From the sequence record NC_048045.1: a stretch of DNA of 64,000 nucleotides. One strand, given 5' to 3'. Under the pieces are notes generated by a model that saw only the letters and a list, made by a program, of their open reading frames with translations, did no database searches and was not told the origin of the DNA. Positions 18,930-27,724 of the stretch are shown piece by piece. Numbering within the stretch: the first letter of the stretch is position 1; each line of letters opens with the position of its first letter. A program made the translations under genes and the position numbers.

Positions 18930-19186
18930 GCGTCTTCACCGTCATCCTGTCGCAGTACGACGAGCAGCGCTTCTACATCGTCGAGGCCGGCAACAACATC
19001 AATGCCCTGGCGCACGCCAAGCGGGTCGCGGAGTCCCATGACGACAACGGCTCGATCTGGAAACTCGACATGATGTTCGTCGGCGCGCCCGACCTCGCGA
19101 TGAAGGCCCAGGGCCTGAAGGTCATCGACCTGCGCGCGACCGTCCATGAGCCCGTTCCCCACGCCCAGCGGGGAGGCGGCTGCTGA
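18926..19186 (+). CDS. hypothetical protein
   Basis: GTGA overlap. Confidence 0.7.
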   Translation: MSVFTVILSQYDEQRFYIVEAGNNINALAHAKRVAESHDDNGSIWKLDMMFVGAPDLAMKAQGLKVIDLRATVHEPVPHAQRGGGC

Positions 19187-19728
19187 TGGTTGACCTGCTC
19201 GACAAGCGCACCATCACCGTCGACCCCTATGCGATCGTCACCGATCGCCTGGAGGGGTCGATCACCCTGGTGCGCCTCCATGAGGGCGGGCGTTACCGCC
19301 ATGGTGGCAGTCTCATGTACTATAGCGGCCGGCAGATCAACACCGGGCTCAAAGGCGTCGCCTACACCTACGACGACGAGACCAACGCCTCGTCGCTCGA
19401 ATTCTGGGGCGGCTACGAGGACCGCGTCATGGCGCGCTTCGCGACCCGCGAGGACGCCATGAAGGCCCTGCACGATGGTCTGGCGGCGCGCGCCGAGGTC
19501 GACATCCTGGTCAAGCAGGCCCAGGCCATGCTCCAGGCCCTGGCCGATCTGCGCGACCGCCGGTTCAAGGAGACCGTCCAGGCCCAGGAGCGCGACGGCG
19601 TCCAGCGCGATGGCTGCGAGGTCTGCAACGGCGCGCGCGGCGGTGTGCCGGGCAACGAGAACGTCGTCGATGGCAAGGTGGTCTGCGACTACTGCCACGT
19701 CGACATCATGGATGCGAGGAAAGCCTGA
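19186..19728 (+). CDS. hypothetical protein with C-terminal zinc ribbon
   Basis: CEVCNG...VVCDYC. Confidence 0.8.
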   Translation: MVDLLDKRTITVDPYAIVTDRLEGSITLVRLHEGGRYRHGGSLMYYSGRQINTGLKGVAYTYDDETNASSLEFWGGYEDRVMARFATREDAMKALHDGLAARAEVDILVKQAQAMLQALADLRDRRFKETVQAQERDGVQRDGCEVCNGARGGVPGNENVVDGKVVCDYCHVDIMDARKA

Positions 19729-19949
19729 TGGGCTCCTACATCTATTGCACGAATGGCGACTGCGGCGCCGGTTTGGGACCCCCTTCGGCCCGTGAGGTCG
19801 TGGAGCAGGATCGCAAGTGCCCACATTGCGGTACCTACGTGCCGGTCTACGACTCCATGGCCGACGTGCTGGAACGCATGGAAGGCCGGATCGAAGAACT
19901 GGAAGACGAGGTCAAGGCGTTGAAGATAGGGGACGGTCTTGGGGCTTAG
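19728..19949 (+). CDS. small zinc-ribbon protein
   Basis: YCTNGDC...KCPHCG followed by a coiled-coil-like tail. Confidence 0.75.
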   Translation: MGSYIYCTNGDCGAGLGPPSAREVVEQDRKCPHCGTYVPVYDSMADVLERMEGRIEELEDEVKALKIGDGLGA

Positions 19950-20295
19950 GAAAATTCCGCCCGCCCATTCGTGGCTTTCGGCGCTCGCCTTCAGGACGGC
20001 GTTCAAGCGTCCGAGCCACGAGGAGCGCCTCAAGCGCCTCCAGGCTGTCCGCGCTGCCCGTCTTTCGGGTTCGGAGCTACGTGACCCGCTGATGAAGAAG
20101 CTGGTCCGCGACGGCCTCGTGCGCCTGCATCGTCCGTCAAACGCCGAATTCTACAGGCAGACCAAGGGTGGTTTCATGAAGCGGACCCAGGCTTTCCTCA
20201 CGCCGGCCGGCGAAGCCTATCTGGCGGACCCGACCACCCATCATGTTCCGAAGTCGGAGCGCACCGAGAAGGTCAAGGGGATTCGGGGCAAATGA
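19939..20295 (+). CDS. hypothetical protein, wHTH-like
   Basis: MKKLVRDGLVRL...FLTPAGEAYL; start uncertain. Confidence 0.65.
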   Translation: MGLRKIPPAHSWLSALAFRTAFKRPSHEERLKRLQAVRAARLSGSELRDPLMKKLVRDGLVRLHRPSNAEFYRQTKGGFMKRTQAFLTPAGEAYLADPTTHHVPKSERTEKVKGIRGK

Positions 20296-20744
20296 TCAAC
20301 TGGAAAGACCCCTTTGGCCTGGAAGCCCGCCGCATCGAGCGTGAGCAGCGTTGGGAAGAAGAGGCCAAGGCGACCCGCGCCGCGCGCCTGAAGCGGGCGC
20401 AGGCGGCCGGGACCCATCGCATCAAGCAGACGGACGTTGACACCTTCTACGTGATGATCCTCGACCCGCACGGGCGTTGGCATTTCGTGTCCCGCGCCGG
20501 CCGGGTGACCGCCCAGTCCGCCGACAAGTGCTACAAGGGTGCGACCCTGGAGGCGGCCAAGACGATCGCGTCCGAGATCGAGCGCATCTTCCGCAACGAC
20601 GTCGCCGACGAGGTCAAACGGTTGAAGAGCCACCAGAATTACTACAACCCTCCCGAGTACGAGGCCAAGCCTTACGACGTCATCAAGGACGATGATATCG
20701 CGTTCTGTGACGCGGTCGACGCGATGTGGAGGACGCGGGCGTGA
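20292..20744 (+). CDS. hypothetical protein
   Basis: ATGA overlap. Confidence 0.8.
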   Translation: MINWKDPFGLEARRIEREQRWEEEAKATRAARLKRAQAAGTHRIKQTDVDTFYVMILDPHGRWHFVSRAGRVTAQSADKCYKGATLEAAKTIASEIERIFRNDVADEVKRLKSHQNYYNPPEYEAKPYDVIKDDDIAFCDAVDAMWRTRA

Positions 20745-20953
20745 GTGAGGTCCTGATCGAAACCCGCGCGGACGCGATCCAGGCCGTCGCCCTGGCGCTC
20801 TATCAGCGCCAATGGAGCCGGGGAGGACAGGTTGACCCACCAGCCTGGGCGACCATCCCACCCCAGTTCAAGAAGCCCTTCCTGGAGACGGCCGAGCTTT
20901 GCGTCGACCTGATCATCGAGCACGTGAGGAACAACAGCCATGAACCGTCGTAA
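20741..20953 (+). CDS. hypothetical protein
   Basis: GTGA overlap, GGAGG RBS. Confidence 0.7.
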   Translation: MSEVLIETRADAIQAVALALYQRQWSRGGQVDPPAWATIPPQFKKPFLETAELCVDLIIEHVRNNSHEPS

Positions 20954-21569
20954 TCTCCTGCTGGGCGCTGGCGCGGCCGTCATCGCCGCCGGGGTCGCCC
21001 AGGCCCAGACGGTCCACGTGTCGGAGGTCAAGCCGACGACCTACACGTGGTTCTCCAGCATCGAAGGCGGCATGCGTCATCGCGAGAGCCACGACACTCG
21101 CTACGTGATCCAGTGGGAGAAGGGCGCGCTCCAGCATCCGCACTCCGAGATCGTGCGCAAGTGGGTCCGCGAGACGATCGACAGCGGCTACCTCTACTGC
21201 TACGGCGACATGCGCTGTATGGACCGCAAGGTGCGCCTGGAGGAAGTCCACATCCTCATCCGGCCGGGCAAGAAGGTCTGGAACCACGTCACCGGCTACA
21301 CCGACGAGGAGGGTCTTCAGATCGAGGTCAACGAGGCCGGGGCGAAGTTCGCCCCTTTCGGCCTCGCCTCGACCCACGGGCTGACCTACGTCGCCGAGAC
21401 GATGCGCGACACCTACTACGTCCGCAAGCCGTACCTGCGCTACGACGAGGAGCGCGAGCTTCGCTTCGCCCTGGGCGATGACCCGCAAGGCTACTACGCA
21501 CCGAACTCGAAGATTGGGCTCGACGACCGGATGTGGACTGAAACCCTGGCCGCACTGGGCAAGACCTGA
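20940..21569 (+). CDS. protein with twin-arginine (Tat) signal peptide
   Basis: MNRRNLLLGAGAAVIAAGVAQA|Q: RRxLL motif, h-region and AQA cleavage site. Confidence 0.75.
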   Translation: MNRRNLLLGAGAAVIAAGVAQAQTVHVSEVKPTTYTWFSSIEGGMRHRESHDTRYVIQWEKGALQHPHSEIVRKWVRETIDSGYLYCYGDMRCMDRKVRLEEVHILIRPGKKVWNHVTGYTDEEGLQIEVNEAGAKFAPFGLASTHGLTYVAETMRDTYYVRKPYLRYDEERELRFALGDDPQGYYAPNSKIGLDDRMWTETLAALGKT

Positions 21570-21817
21570 TGGCCGACCCCCGCATCCACAGGGTCCACTA
21601 TCACGTCTTCCAGGACGCGATCGACGCGGCGCAGTTCGCTGAGCGCATGCTGATGCGCTGCGCGCCGCACGATCGGCCCGTCCGGATGACTGGCGGAAGT
21701 TCCGCTGGCATTGAAGGTGTGCGCATCCTGTGGGCGGGTGGCGAGCCGATCGCCCAGGCGACGCTCTTCACCGACGACCTCAACCAGACCCTCGTTACCG
21801 TGGTGGCCCTCAAATGA
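21569..21817 (+). CDS. hypothetical protein
   Basis: TGATG coupling. Confidence 0.75.
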   Translation: MADPRIHRVHYHVFQDAIDAAQFAERMLMRCAPHDRPVRMTGGSSAGIEGVRILWAGGEPIAQATLFTDDLNQTLVTVVALK

Positions 21818-22314
21818 TCCGCTCTCGTCACGAACCGCCCGAGGCTACCGCCGGCAAGATGCAGGAGAGGTGGTCGGCCCAGAAGGTGGCTATCCACGGC
21901 TTCTTGTGCGGCCCCGAATCGGCGCTGAACGCCAACTGGCAAGAGGCGAGCGCCATGATCTGGGCGCATGTCGACGGCCGGGTCCTGGGGGACTGGCAAG
22001 ACCGCCCCGTGCGGGGCTGGACCGCCGAGCATATCAACGCGCCGTTCGACATCTGCATGGTTCAAGACCGTGACGCCAAGACCATCAAGGATTGCGACTT
22101 GGCGCTGGCCATGATCGTGACCCTGCTTCCGCAGGCGCCGCTCAAGATCAGCAAGGGCTATGGGCGCGACGGTAGCTGGGAAGTCCAGATCGACACCCGC
22201 CACACCGTGGGGGCCAAGCACCACGGGATCGTCTGGGGCTTTGGTCCCGGCATCGCCCTGGCGGCGTGGCGCGCCTACTTCGGCTACATCAACAAGGAGC
22301 CCAACGATGTCTGA
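21814..22314 (+). CDS. hypothetical protein
   Basis: ATGA overlap. Confidence 0.75.
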   Translation: MIRSRHEPPEATAGKMQERWSAQKVAIHGFLCGPESALNANWQEASAMIWAHVDGRVLGDWQDRPVRGWTAEHINAPFDICMVQDRDAKTIKDCDLALAMIVTLLPQAPLKISKGYGRDGSWEVQIDTRHTVGAKHHGIVWGFGPGIALAAWRAYFGYINKEPNDV

Positions 22315-22528
22315 CATCTTCGACGAGGTCGAGCGCCGGCTCAACCGCAAGCGCCCCGGCTTTTGGCTGCACAAGATCGCCACGGTGTTCATCGCGGTGG
22401 TCTTCGTGATCGTGATCGCCGGCGCCGCCATCCAGGTCTTCAACCCGACCCTGGCGACGCAATGGCAGGCCAAGCAGGACGCGGCCTACGACCGCGCCTA
22501 CGAGGAAGCCCGGCGGCGGGGCGAGTAA
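22307..22528 (+). CDS. small single-pass membrane protein
   Basis: IATVFIAVVFVIVIAGAAIQVF TM segment; AAGGAG RBS. Confidence 0.75.
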   Translation: MSDIFDEVERRLNRKRPGFWLHKIATVFIAVVFVIVIAGAAIQVFNPTLATQWQAKQDAAYDRAYEEARRRGE

Positions 22529-23010
22529 TGGCCGGCCCGCAGTACACCTGGGAGCCGGCTTCGACCGCTGACGGCGTCAAGCTGACCGAACACGTGATCC
22601 GAGGCGAGATCGTCCCGATCTGCGTCGGCTCCTCGCTGCATGCGATCGAGATGCACGCGATGATGGGCGAGCGGCTCTACCGGGCCTTTGGGACCATGTC
22701 CGGCGACGCCGACTGGACCCAGGCTGAGATCGGCACGCCCCAGGCCCATCCGCTCGACGGTCAGGACCTCAACGCCCTGGACTACCACACCAGGGTCCGC
22801 GAGGAGTACCGCCGCGACATCGCTACGGCCGGCGGCCGGCACCTGATGATCTGCCGCAAGACCGACGACCTCCAGGACCTGCTCGCCCTGATCCCGATGG
22901 ACCTGCGCCGGCGGCATGAGATGGCCAACATGATCACCCTACTGGCCCGCATGCTCCTCATCGAGAATACGCCCCGCACCCTTTCCGACTCCAGCCTCAA
23001 GCGCTTCTGA
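22528..23010 (+). CDS. hypothetical protein
   Basis: TAATG coupling. Confidence 0.75.
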   Translation: MAGPQYTWEPASTADGVKLTEHVIRGEIVPICVGSSLHAIEMHAMMGERLYRAFGTMSGDADWTQAEIGTPQAHPLDGQDLNALDYHTRVREEYRRDIATAGGRHLMICRKTDDLQDLLALIPMDLRRRHEMANMITLLARMLLIENTPRTLSDSSLKRF

Positions 23011-23012
23011 CC

Positions 23013-23555
23013 ATGACCTCCCAACGCCTCGATTTCACCAGCAACGATCTCTGGCCGCCCAAGGTCGACTACGAGATGAAGAAGCTGCGCTACGACACCA
23101 CGCTCGATGCGCTGGAGATCGTCCACCCCAAGAACCGCCTGGGCAACCGCGTCGACGTCTCGCACGTCGCCAGCTACCTCGTGAACGGCCGCGTCAAGGG
23201 CGTGCTCGACCATATCGCCAGCACCGGCGTCGAGGACCCGCGCGAGCAGACCTTCAAAATCCTGCGCATCCTGGAGAGCCGGGGCATGGTCGCCAACACC
23301 GGCGGCGACTGGACGCTGACCGCGACCGGCGCGATCTGGCATCTGGTGGCGGACAACCACCCCTCGGGCTGGGCGGAGCAACAGGCTCTGCTCTACGACA
23401 TCCGCCTGCAATGGTGGGCGGGCCACGAGATCGCCACGGCGATCAAGGAGACGCCGTACTTCCAGATGCGGCCCCAGCACGGTTCCGCGCCGATCATCGC
23501 CTTCGACCTCTCGGCCCTGCAACAGCCGCTCGATGGGTGGAACGGATGGCGCTGA
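23013..23555 (+). CDS. hypothetical protein with wHTH-like segment
   Basis: LRILESRGMV...WTLTATG. Confidence 0.75.
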   Translation: MTSQRLDFTSNDLWPPKVDYEMKKLRYDTTLDALEIVHPKNRLGNRVDVSHVASYLVNGRVKGVLDHIASTGVEDPREQTFKILRILESRGMVANTGGDWTLTATGAIWHLVADNHPSGWAEQQALLYDIRLQWWAGHEIATAIKETPYFQMRPQHGSAPIIAFDLSALQQPLDGWNGWR

Positions 23556-24082
23556 AGCAAGAAGCCTGGGACAGTCTGCTTCTCAACCTGCGCAGCGCCG
23601 CCCAGTTGAAGGATCGCGAGGCCTGGGACGACGCGATCCAGGCCCTGGAGAACGCCTTCGACGAGCACGTCGACGGCCCGCTGGAGACCCACCCCAACAC
23701 CCTGGCCTGGAAGAAGAGCGCCGACGAGCGCAAGCGCTTCTTGGCGGGCTGGGCGTACTGGGGTAGCGGCGCCCGCGATGTCCCCGACGACTACCGGGGC
23801 GATCCGCACTTCAACCGGGGGCGAACGGGCGCGGCGATCGCCCAGGACATGAGTGGCCTCCTGCGGGTTTTCGAGGCCTGCACCCACCAGGGCTCCAAGA
23901 TCGAGGGTGGTGACAACACCGTGCTGCCGCGCTACCCCGCCGTCTACGGCTCCTACGCGGTTCAAATCTGCCGTGGATGTCGTGGGTGGACCCAGGACCG
24001 TCACGGTCCGAAAACTTGGCATCCCGGCCCGTACTACGACGCCTACGAGAAGGCGATGCGCGAGGAAGAGGAGCGCTGCTAA
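23546..24082 (+). CDS. hypothetical protein
   Basis: Packed array; start uncertain. Confidence 0.75.
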   Translation: MALKQEAWDSLLLNLRSAAQLKDREAWDDAIQALENAFDEHVDGPLETHPNTLAWKKSADERKRFLAGWAYWGSGARDVPDDYRGDPHFNRGRTGAAIAQDMSGLLRVFEACTHQGSKIEGGDNTVLPRYPAVYGSYAVQICRGCRGWTQDRHGPKTWHPGPYYDAYEKAMREEEERC

Positions 24083-24771
24083 TGCTCTACGTGTTCGGGG
24101 ACATCCACGGCCGCATGGACCTCCTGGAGGAGGCGCGCCACGTGATCCGTGTACGCGGCGACTGCTCCCAGATGATCTTCCTGGGCGACTATGTCGATCG
24201 CGGGCCGCAGAGCCGCGAGGTGGTCGAGGCCGTGATGGGGCTGCACCAGCAGGGCGAGATCGCGCTGAAGGGCAATCACGAGCAGATGATGGTCGATAGC
24301 TGGCGGATCGCCAGCTATGGAGCGCTGTCCAAGCTCTGGGTCAGCAACGGGGGCAAGCAGACCCTGAAGTCCTATGGCGCCGGCGACAATGCCTGGAACG
24401 CTCAGTGGGACATGATCCCCCAGGCCCACGTCGACTGGATGGACGCTCTGCCGACCTTCTACGATACCCCCGGCCGGGTCTTCGTCCATGCCGGGCTGAT
24501 CCCCGGCGTGCCGCTCAAGGCGCACGACGAGGAAGAGATGATGTGGATCAGGGACCGATTCCTTCATGGCCGGCCCCAGGACTTCGAAAAACACGTCGTC
24601 CACGGCCACACCCATACCCACGCCCTGAAGAAGATCAGCGAGCCCGAACTGCTCGTGCATCGGACCAATCTGGACACCGGGGCCTTCTACACCGGCATCC
24701 TGAGCGTGGGGGTGTTTGATCCCGACGGCGACGGCGGCCCGGTCGAGGTGCTCAAGATCACGGAGGCCTGA
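24082..24771 (+). CDS. calcineurin-like metallophosphoesterase (lambda NinI-type Ser/Thr phosphatase family)
   Basis: GDIHG, GDYVDRG, GNHE, FVHAG and VHGHT motifs all present. Confidence 0.93.
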   Translation: MLYVFGDIHGRMDLLEEARHVIRVRGDCSQMIFLGDYVDRGPQSREVVEAVMGLHQQGEIALKGNHEQMMVDSWRIASYGALSKLWVSNGGKQTLKSYGAGDNAWNAQWDMIPQAHVDWMDALPTFYDTPGRVFVHAGLIPGVPLKAHDEEEMMWIRDRFLHGRPQDFEKHVVHGHTHTHALKKISEPELLVHRTNLDTGAFYTGILSVGVFDPDGDGGPVEVLKITEA

Positions 24772-25397
24772 TGTCGTTCGTCGACCGGATGCGGGCCTAC
24801 CTGCAAGCGGACCTGGAGATCGTCAAGCACTTCACCGAGCGGTTCTTCGCCAAGCGTCCTGACGAGCCCGACGCGGGCGTCTCGCCGCAGCCCATGAAGC
24901 CCGCCCCGCCTGGGGCGGGGATGGGAAGCGGAACAATACCGGGCGGCGGCGGTGGTGGCGGCAACACCCACTTCTACTATCCCGGCGTGGGTGGAGGCGG
25001 CGGCTATGCGACAGCGTCGGGCGGCAACGGCGGCGGCAGCTATAGTGGCTCATCCGGGCAGGTCCTGGCCTGCAATGGCCATGCCATGCCCTGGATGGTC
25101 GTATCGCCCGCAAAGTTGAAGTCCACCAAGCCGGCCGGCAGCTTCAAGGACCTCAACGCGACCGAGGAGGCGGTGGTCCACAACGTGGCCCAATACGAGG
25201 GCACCGAACTGGTCCGCGAGCGGGACGGGACGTTCTCCTATTGCCGCAGCGGGCTGGCGTTGGCCAAGGATCGCGTCAAGGCGCGTACCGTCAATGCCTT
25301 GATTTCAAAGAAATTTCTGGACGTGGTCGAGTTCGGCGACCGCGCCGAGGCCCTGGTCTGCAAGCTCGGCTCGAACATCTTGGTCCACGGCCGCTAG
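24771..25397 (+). CDS. hypothetical protein with Gly-rich linker
   Basis: PGGGGGGGN...GGGGG...SGGNGGGS tract; C-terminal TVNALISKKFLDV. Confidence 0.75.
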   Translation: MSFVDRMRAYLQADLEIVKHFTERFFAKRPDEPDAGVSPQPMKPAPPGAGMGSGTIPGGGGGGGNTHFYYPGVGGGGGYATASGGNGGGSYSGSSGQVLACNGHAMPWMVVSPAKLKSTKPAGSFKDLNATEEAVVHNVAQYEGTELVRERDGTFSYCRSGLALAKDRVKARTVNALISKKFLDVVEFGDRAEALVCKLGSNILVHGR

Positions 25398-25404
25398 AAA
25401 GTGT

Positions 25405-25457
25405 TTGACAACACTCTCACGCCAACATAGAACCCTCCTCGACGACAACGAGGAGGG
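25405..25457 (+). promoter_or_regulatory. repeated promoter P6 (inverted operator; RBS hairpin)
   Basis: TTGACA-17-TAGAAC; CAACACTCTCACGCCAAC; CCCTCCTC-GACGACAAC-GAGGAGGG stem-loop. Confidence 0.82.
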
Positions 25458-25461
25458 CCAT

Positions 25462-25881
25462 ATGGCTTACGACATTCCCGACCTGAGCGTGTTCACGTTC
25501 ACCGACCCGTCGATGGAGAGCTTCGCCAAGGCTATGGTCTCGATGATCGAGGCCAACCAAGCGATCATCGACCAATTCGCCGAGAGCCTGAGCAAGGACC
25601 CGATCCGCGCGCTGGAGCGCAGCCTGTCCGTCAAGCTGGCGGCCGTCCGCCAGAGCGAAGCCAACGATGCCCTGGGCCATGTCCTGGACACGCTGCTGCA
25701 CGGTGACGACAAGACCTGGGCCTACACCAAGCTCCAAATCCAGCAGTCGCTCACCTACCATGTGGTCTACGCCGCCGCGCACCCGTCGCGGTCGACCTGC
25801 GCCGAGACCAACGACATGGCGCGCTTCGAACTGCAAGCCAAGGCCGAGATGCTCGACCGCCTGATGAAGGGTCGCTTCTAA
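25462..25881 (+). CDS. hypothetical protein
   Basis: GAGGAGG RBS. Confidence 0.85.
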   Translation: MAYDIPDLSVFTFTDPSMESFAKAMVSMIEANQAIIDQFAESLSKDPIRALERSLSVKLAAVRQSEANDALGHVLDTLLHGDDKTWAYTKLQIQQSLTYHVVYAAAHPSRSTCAETNDMARFELQAKAEMLDRLMKGRF

Positions 25882-26123
25882 TGCGCGGCGTCGACGTCAA
25901 CGAGTCCTATCAGACCGAGCAGCGCTCGTTCGATGGGCAACTGGCCAGCAAGTACGGCGCCGCCTCGGGCGGACCGGACCTGACCCGCGAGCAGTGGCAG
26001 GCGATGCAGCGGGCCGACCGCAAGCGTTTCGCCGGCGTCACCATGGGCCTCTTCGTGTTCGTATTCTGCCTCGCCTGGGTGATCAACGATCTGACCGGCT
26101 TTGGCAACGCGCTGCCGTTCTGA
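25881..26123 (+). CDS. small membrane protein
   Basis: C-terminal hydrophobic helix; TAATG coupling. Confidence 0.7.
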   Translation: MRGVDVNESYQTEQRSFDGQLASKYGAASGGPDLTREQWQAMQRADRKRFAGVTMGLFVFVFCLAWVINDLTGFGNALPF

Positions 26124-26500
26124 TGAAGCCGCTCGACGAACGCATCCGCGAAGCTATCGCCACTCCTCGTCCGGCCTGGATCGAGAAGAAGGGCGACCGC
26201 TTCCACGTCATCACCAAGGGCGTGCTGTTCCCCAACACGCGCAACGCCCTCTCCAAGTCCTGGAGCCGCCGCGCCGGCGCCCTCGCCTGCATCCGCCAGG
26301 ATTACCTCACCCTGCTGGAGGGCGACTGCCCGCTGCCGGAGGTGACCCAGGCCCAGCGCGACGCCTACCAGTTCCAGGGGGCCGAGCGCCGCGAAGCCGT
26401 CGAGGCCCTGAGCCGCGAACTGGGCATCCACCAGGACGAAATCCGCCGCGCCCTGCGCAACCTCGAAGGGCGTGGCCTGATCCGTTTCGAGGCGCGCTGA
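26123..26500 (+). CDS. hypothetical protein with C-terminal HTH
   Basis: EALSRELGIHQDEIRRALRNLEGRGLIRF. Confidence 0.75.
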   Translation: MKPLDERIREAIATPRPAWIEKKGDRFHVITKGVLFPNTRNALSKSWSRRAGALACIRQDYLTLLEGDCPLPEVTQAQRDAYQFQGAERREAVEALSRELGIHQDEIRRALRNLEGRGLIRFEAR

Positions 26501-26805
26501 TGCAAATCCTGACCTTCGCCGAGTTCATCGCCATGCCCGACGGCGTCCTCTACCAGGAGGTCACCGAGTACGGCTCACCCGTCGCGGGACTGGCGATCCG
26601 CCACTCCGTCCTCTATGACGGCGACCGCCCGTTCGACTTCATCTACGAAGAGGTCCTCGCCCGGACCGCCGACGGTGAGATGGACGCCCCGCTGATCCTA
26701 GAAGGGCCGGGCACGGCGCGCTGGGGCCTGTTCGACTACGACCTTCGCTACATCGTCTACGAGGAGGCCGATCGCAAGGCCCTGGCCGCGAAGGTCCTCG
26801 GCTGA
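26500..26805 (+). CDS. hypothetical protein
   Basis: TGATG coupling. Confidence 0.75.
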   Translation: MQILTFAEFIAMPDGVLYQEVTEYGSPVAGLAIRHSVLYDGDRPFDFIYEEVLARTADGEMDAPLILEGPGTARWGLFDYDLRYIVYEEADRKALAAKVLG

Positions 26806-26810
26806 AGCAG

Positions 26811-26870
26811 CTTGGCGTTTGTGTGTTGACAGGGCAAGTCCGGTTCTGTAGACCTCTGCTCGACGACAAC
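26811..26870 (+). promoter_or_regulatory. repeated promoter P7
   Basis: CTTGGCGTTTGTGTGTTG, TTGACA 26826-17-TAGACC, GACGACAAC 26862. Confidence 0.8.
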
Positions 26871-26882
26871 GAGGAGGCCCCC

Positions 26883-27089
26883 ATGCCGCATCTGAGCAAG
26901 CAGTCCTACAGCTTCGGCTACACCAGCGACGCCCTGGCGGCGGCCGGCGAGTTCGAAGCCCTGACCACTGAGTTCTATCGCTACGAGACCCGCTACCTCT
27001 ACGACGCGTCTCGCGCGATCGTCGGCGTCGAGGTCCGCGTCATGGACGAGGACGGCTTCTTCGTCGGCTACGTCGCGGGCGAGGTCTAG
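26883..27089 (+). CDS. hypothetical protein
   Basis: GAGGAGG RBS. Confidence 0.8.
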   Translation: MPHLSKQSYSFGYTSDALAAAGEFEALTTEFYRYETRYLYDASRAIVGVEVRVMDEDGFFVGYVAGEV

Positions 27090-27092
27090 CCC

Positions 27093-27488
27093 ATGCAGAA
27101 CCACACCATCGATCCGCGCATCGGCGTCCTCAACTCGGGCGTCTACTACGCTTTCGTCGACGGCTATCACAAGCCCGAGACGCGCGGCACGCTCGAAGAA
27201 GTCGAGATCGCCCTGGGCGTTCGCAAGCCCAAGCCCGCGCCGGCTCCCCTGGTGGAAGTCCAGGGCCGGGGCGGTCGCGTCTCGGTGCAGTTCGGCACCA
27301 TCAACGGCAAGCCCCTGACTCTGACGATCAGCGAGGCCGACAGCGTCTGCGCCGACGTCGAGTGCGGGCGCCACGGCTGCTCGCTGGCGCTGCTGGACGA
27401 CTTCGGCACGATCGGCGAGGACGGTCCCCGCGTCTCCCAGAAGACCATCGACAAGATGATCGACTGGGCGCTGACGAAGGGGTGGTAG
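27093..27488 (+). CDS. hypothetical protein
   Basis: Packed array. Confidence 0.8.
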   Translation: MQNHTIDPRIGVLNSGVYYAFVDGYHKPETRGTLEEVEIALGVRKPKPAPAPLVEVQGRGGRVSVQFGTINGKPLTLTISEADSVCADVECGRHGCSLALLDDFGTIGEDGPRVSQKTIDKMIDWALTKGW

Positions 27489-27698
27489 ATGAGCACCACG
27501 CGCCTCACCGCCGAGGTCATGGAGGCCATGAAGAGCACCAACGACCCGTCGCTCCAGGAGCGCCGCGTTGGCGCCGCCATGGCCGAATACGCCGGCGATC
27601 CTGACACCTTCGATCTCGAAGGCCTGAGCCCGATGGCTCGTCGGGTCGTCCATGAAATCACGCTGGACCTGCGGGCGCGCCTGCGCCTGTCTGCATGA
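27489..27698 (+). CDS. hypothetical protein
   Basis: Packed array. Confidence 0.7.
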   Translation: MSTTRLTAEVMEAMKSTNDPSLQERRVGAAMAEYAGDPDTFDLEGLSPMARRVVHEITLDLRARLRLSA

Positions 27699-27724
27699 AA
27701 TTTTAATCCGGAGAGGGCCTTAAG

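Noticed and set aside
24860-25060. Gly-rich tract as a collagen-like or repeat element
   Set aside because: No Gly-X-Y period or DNA tandem unit; an ordinary low-complexity linker
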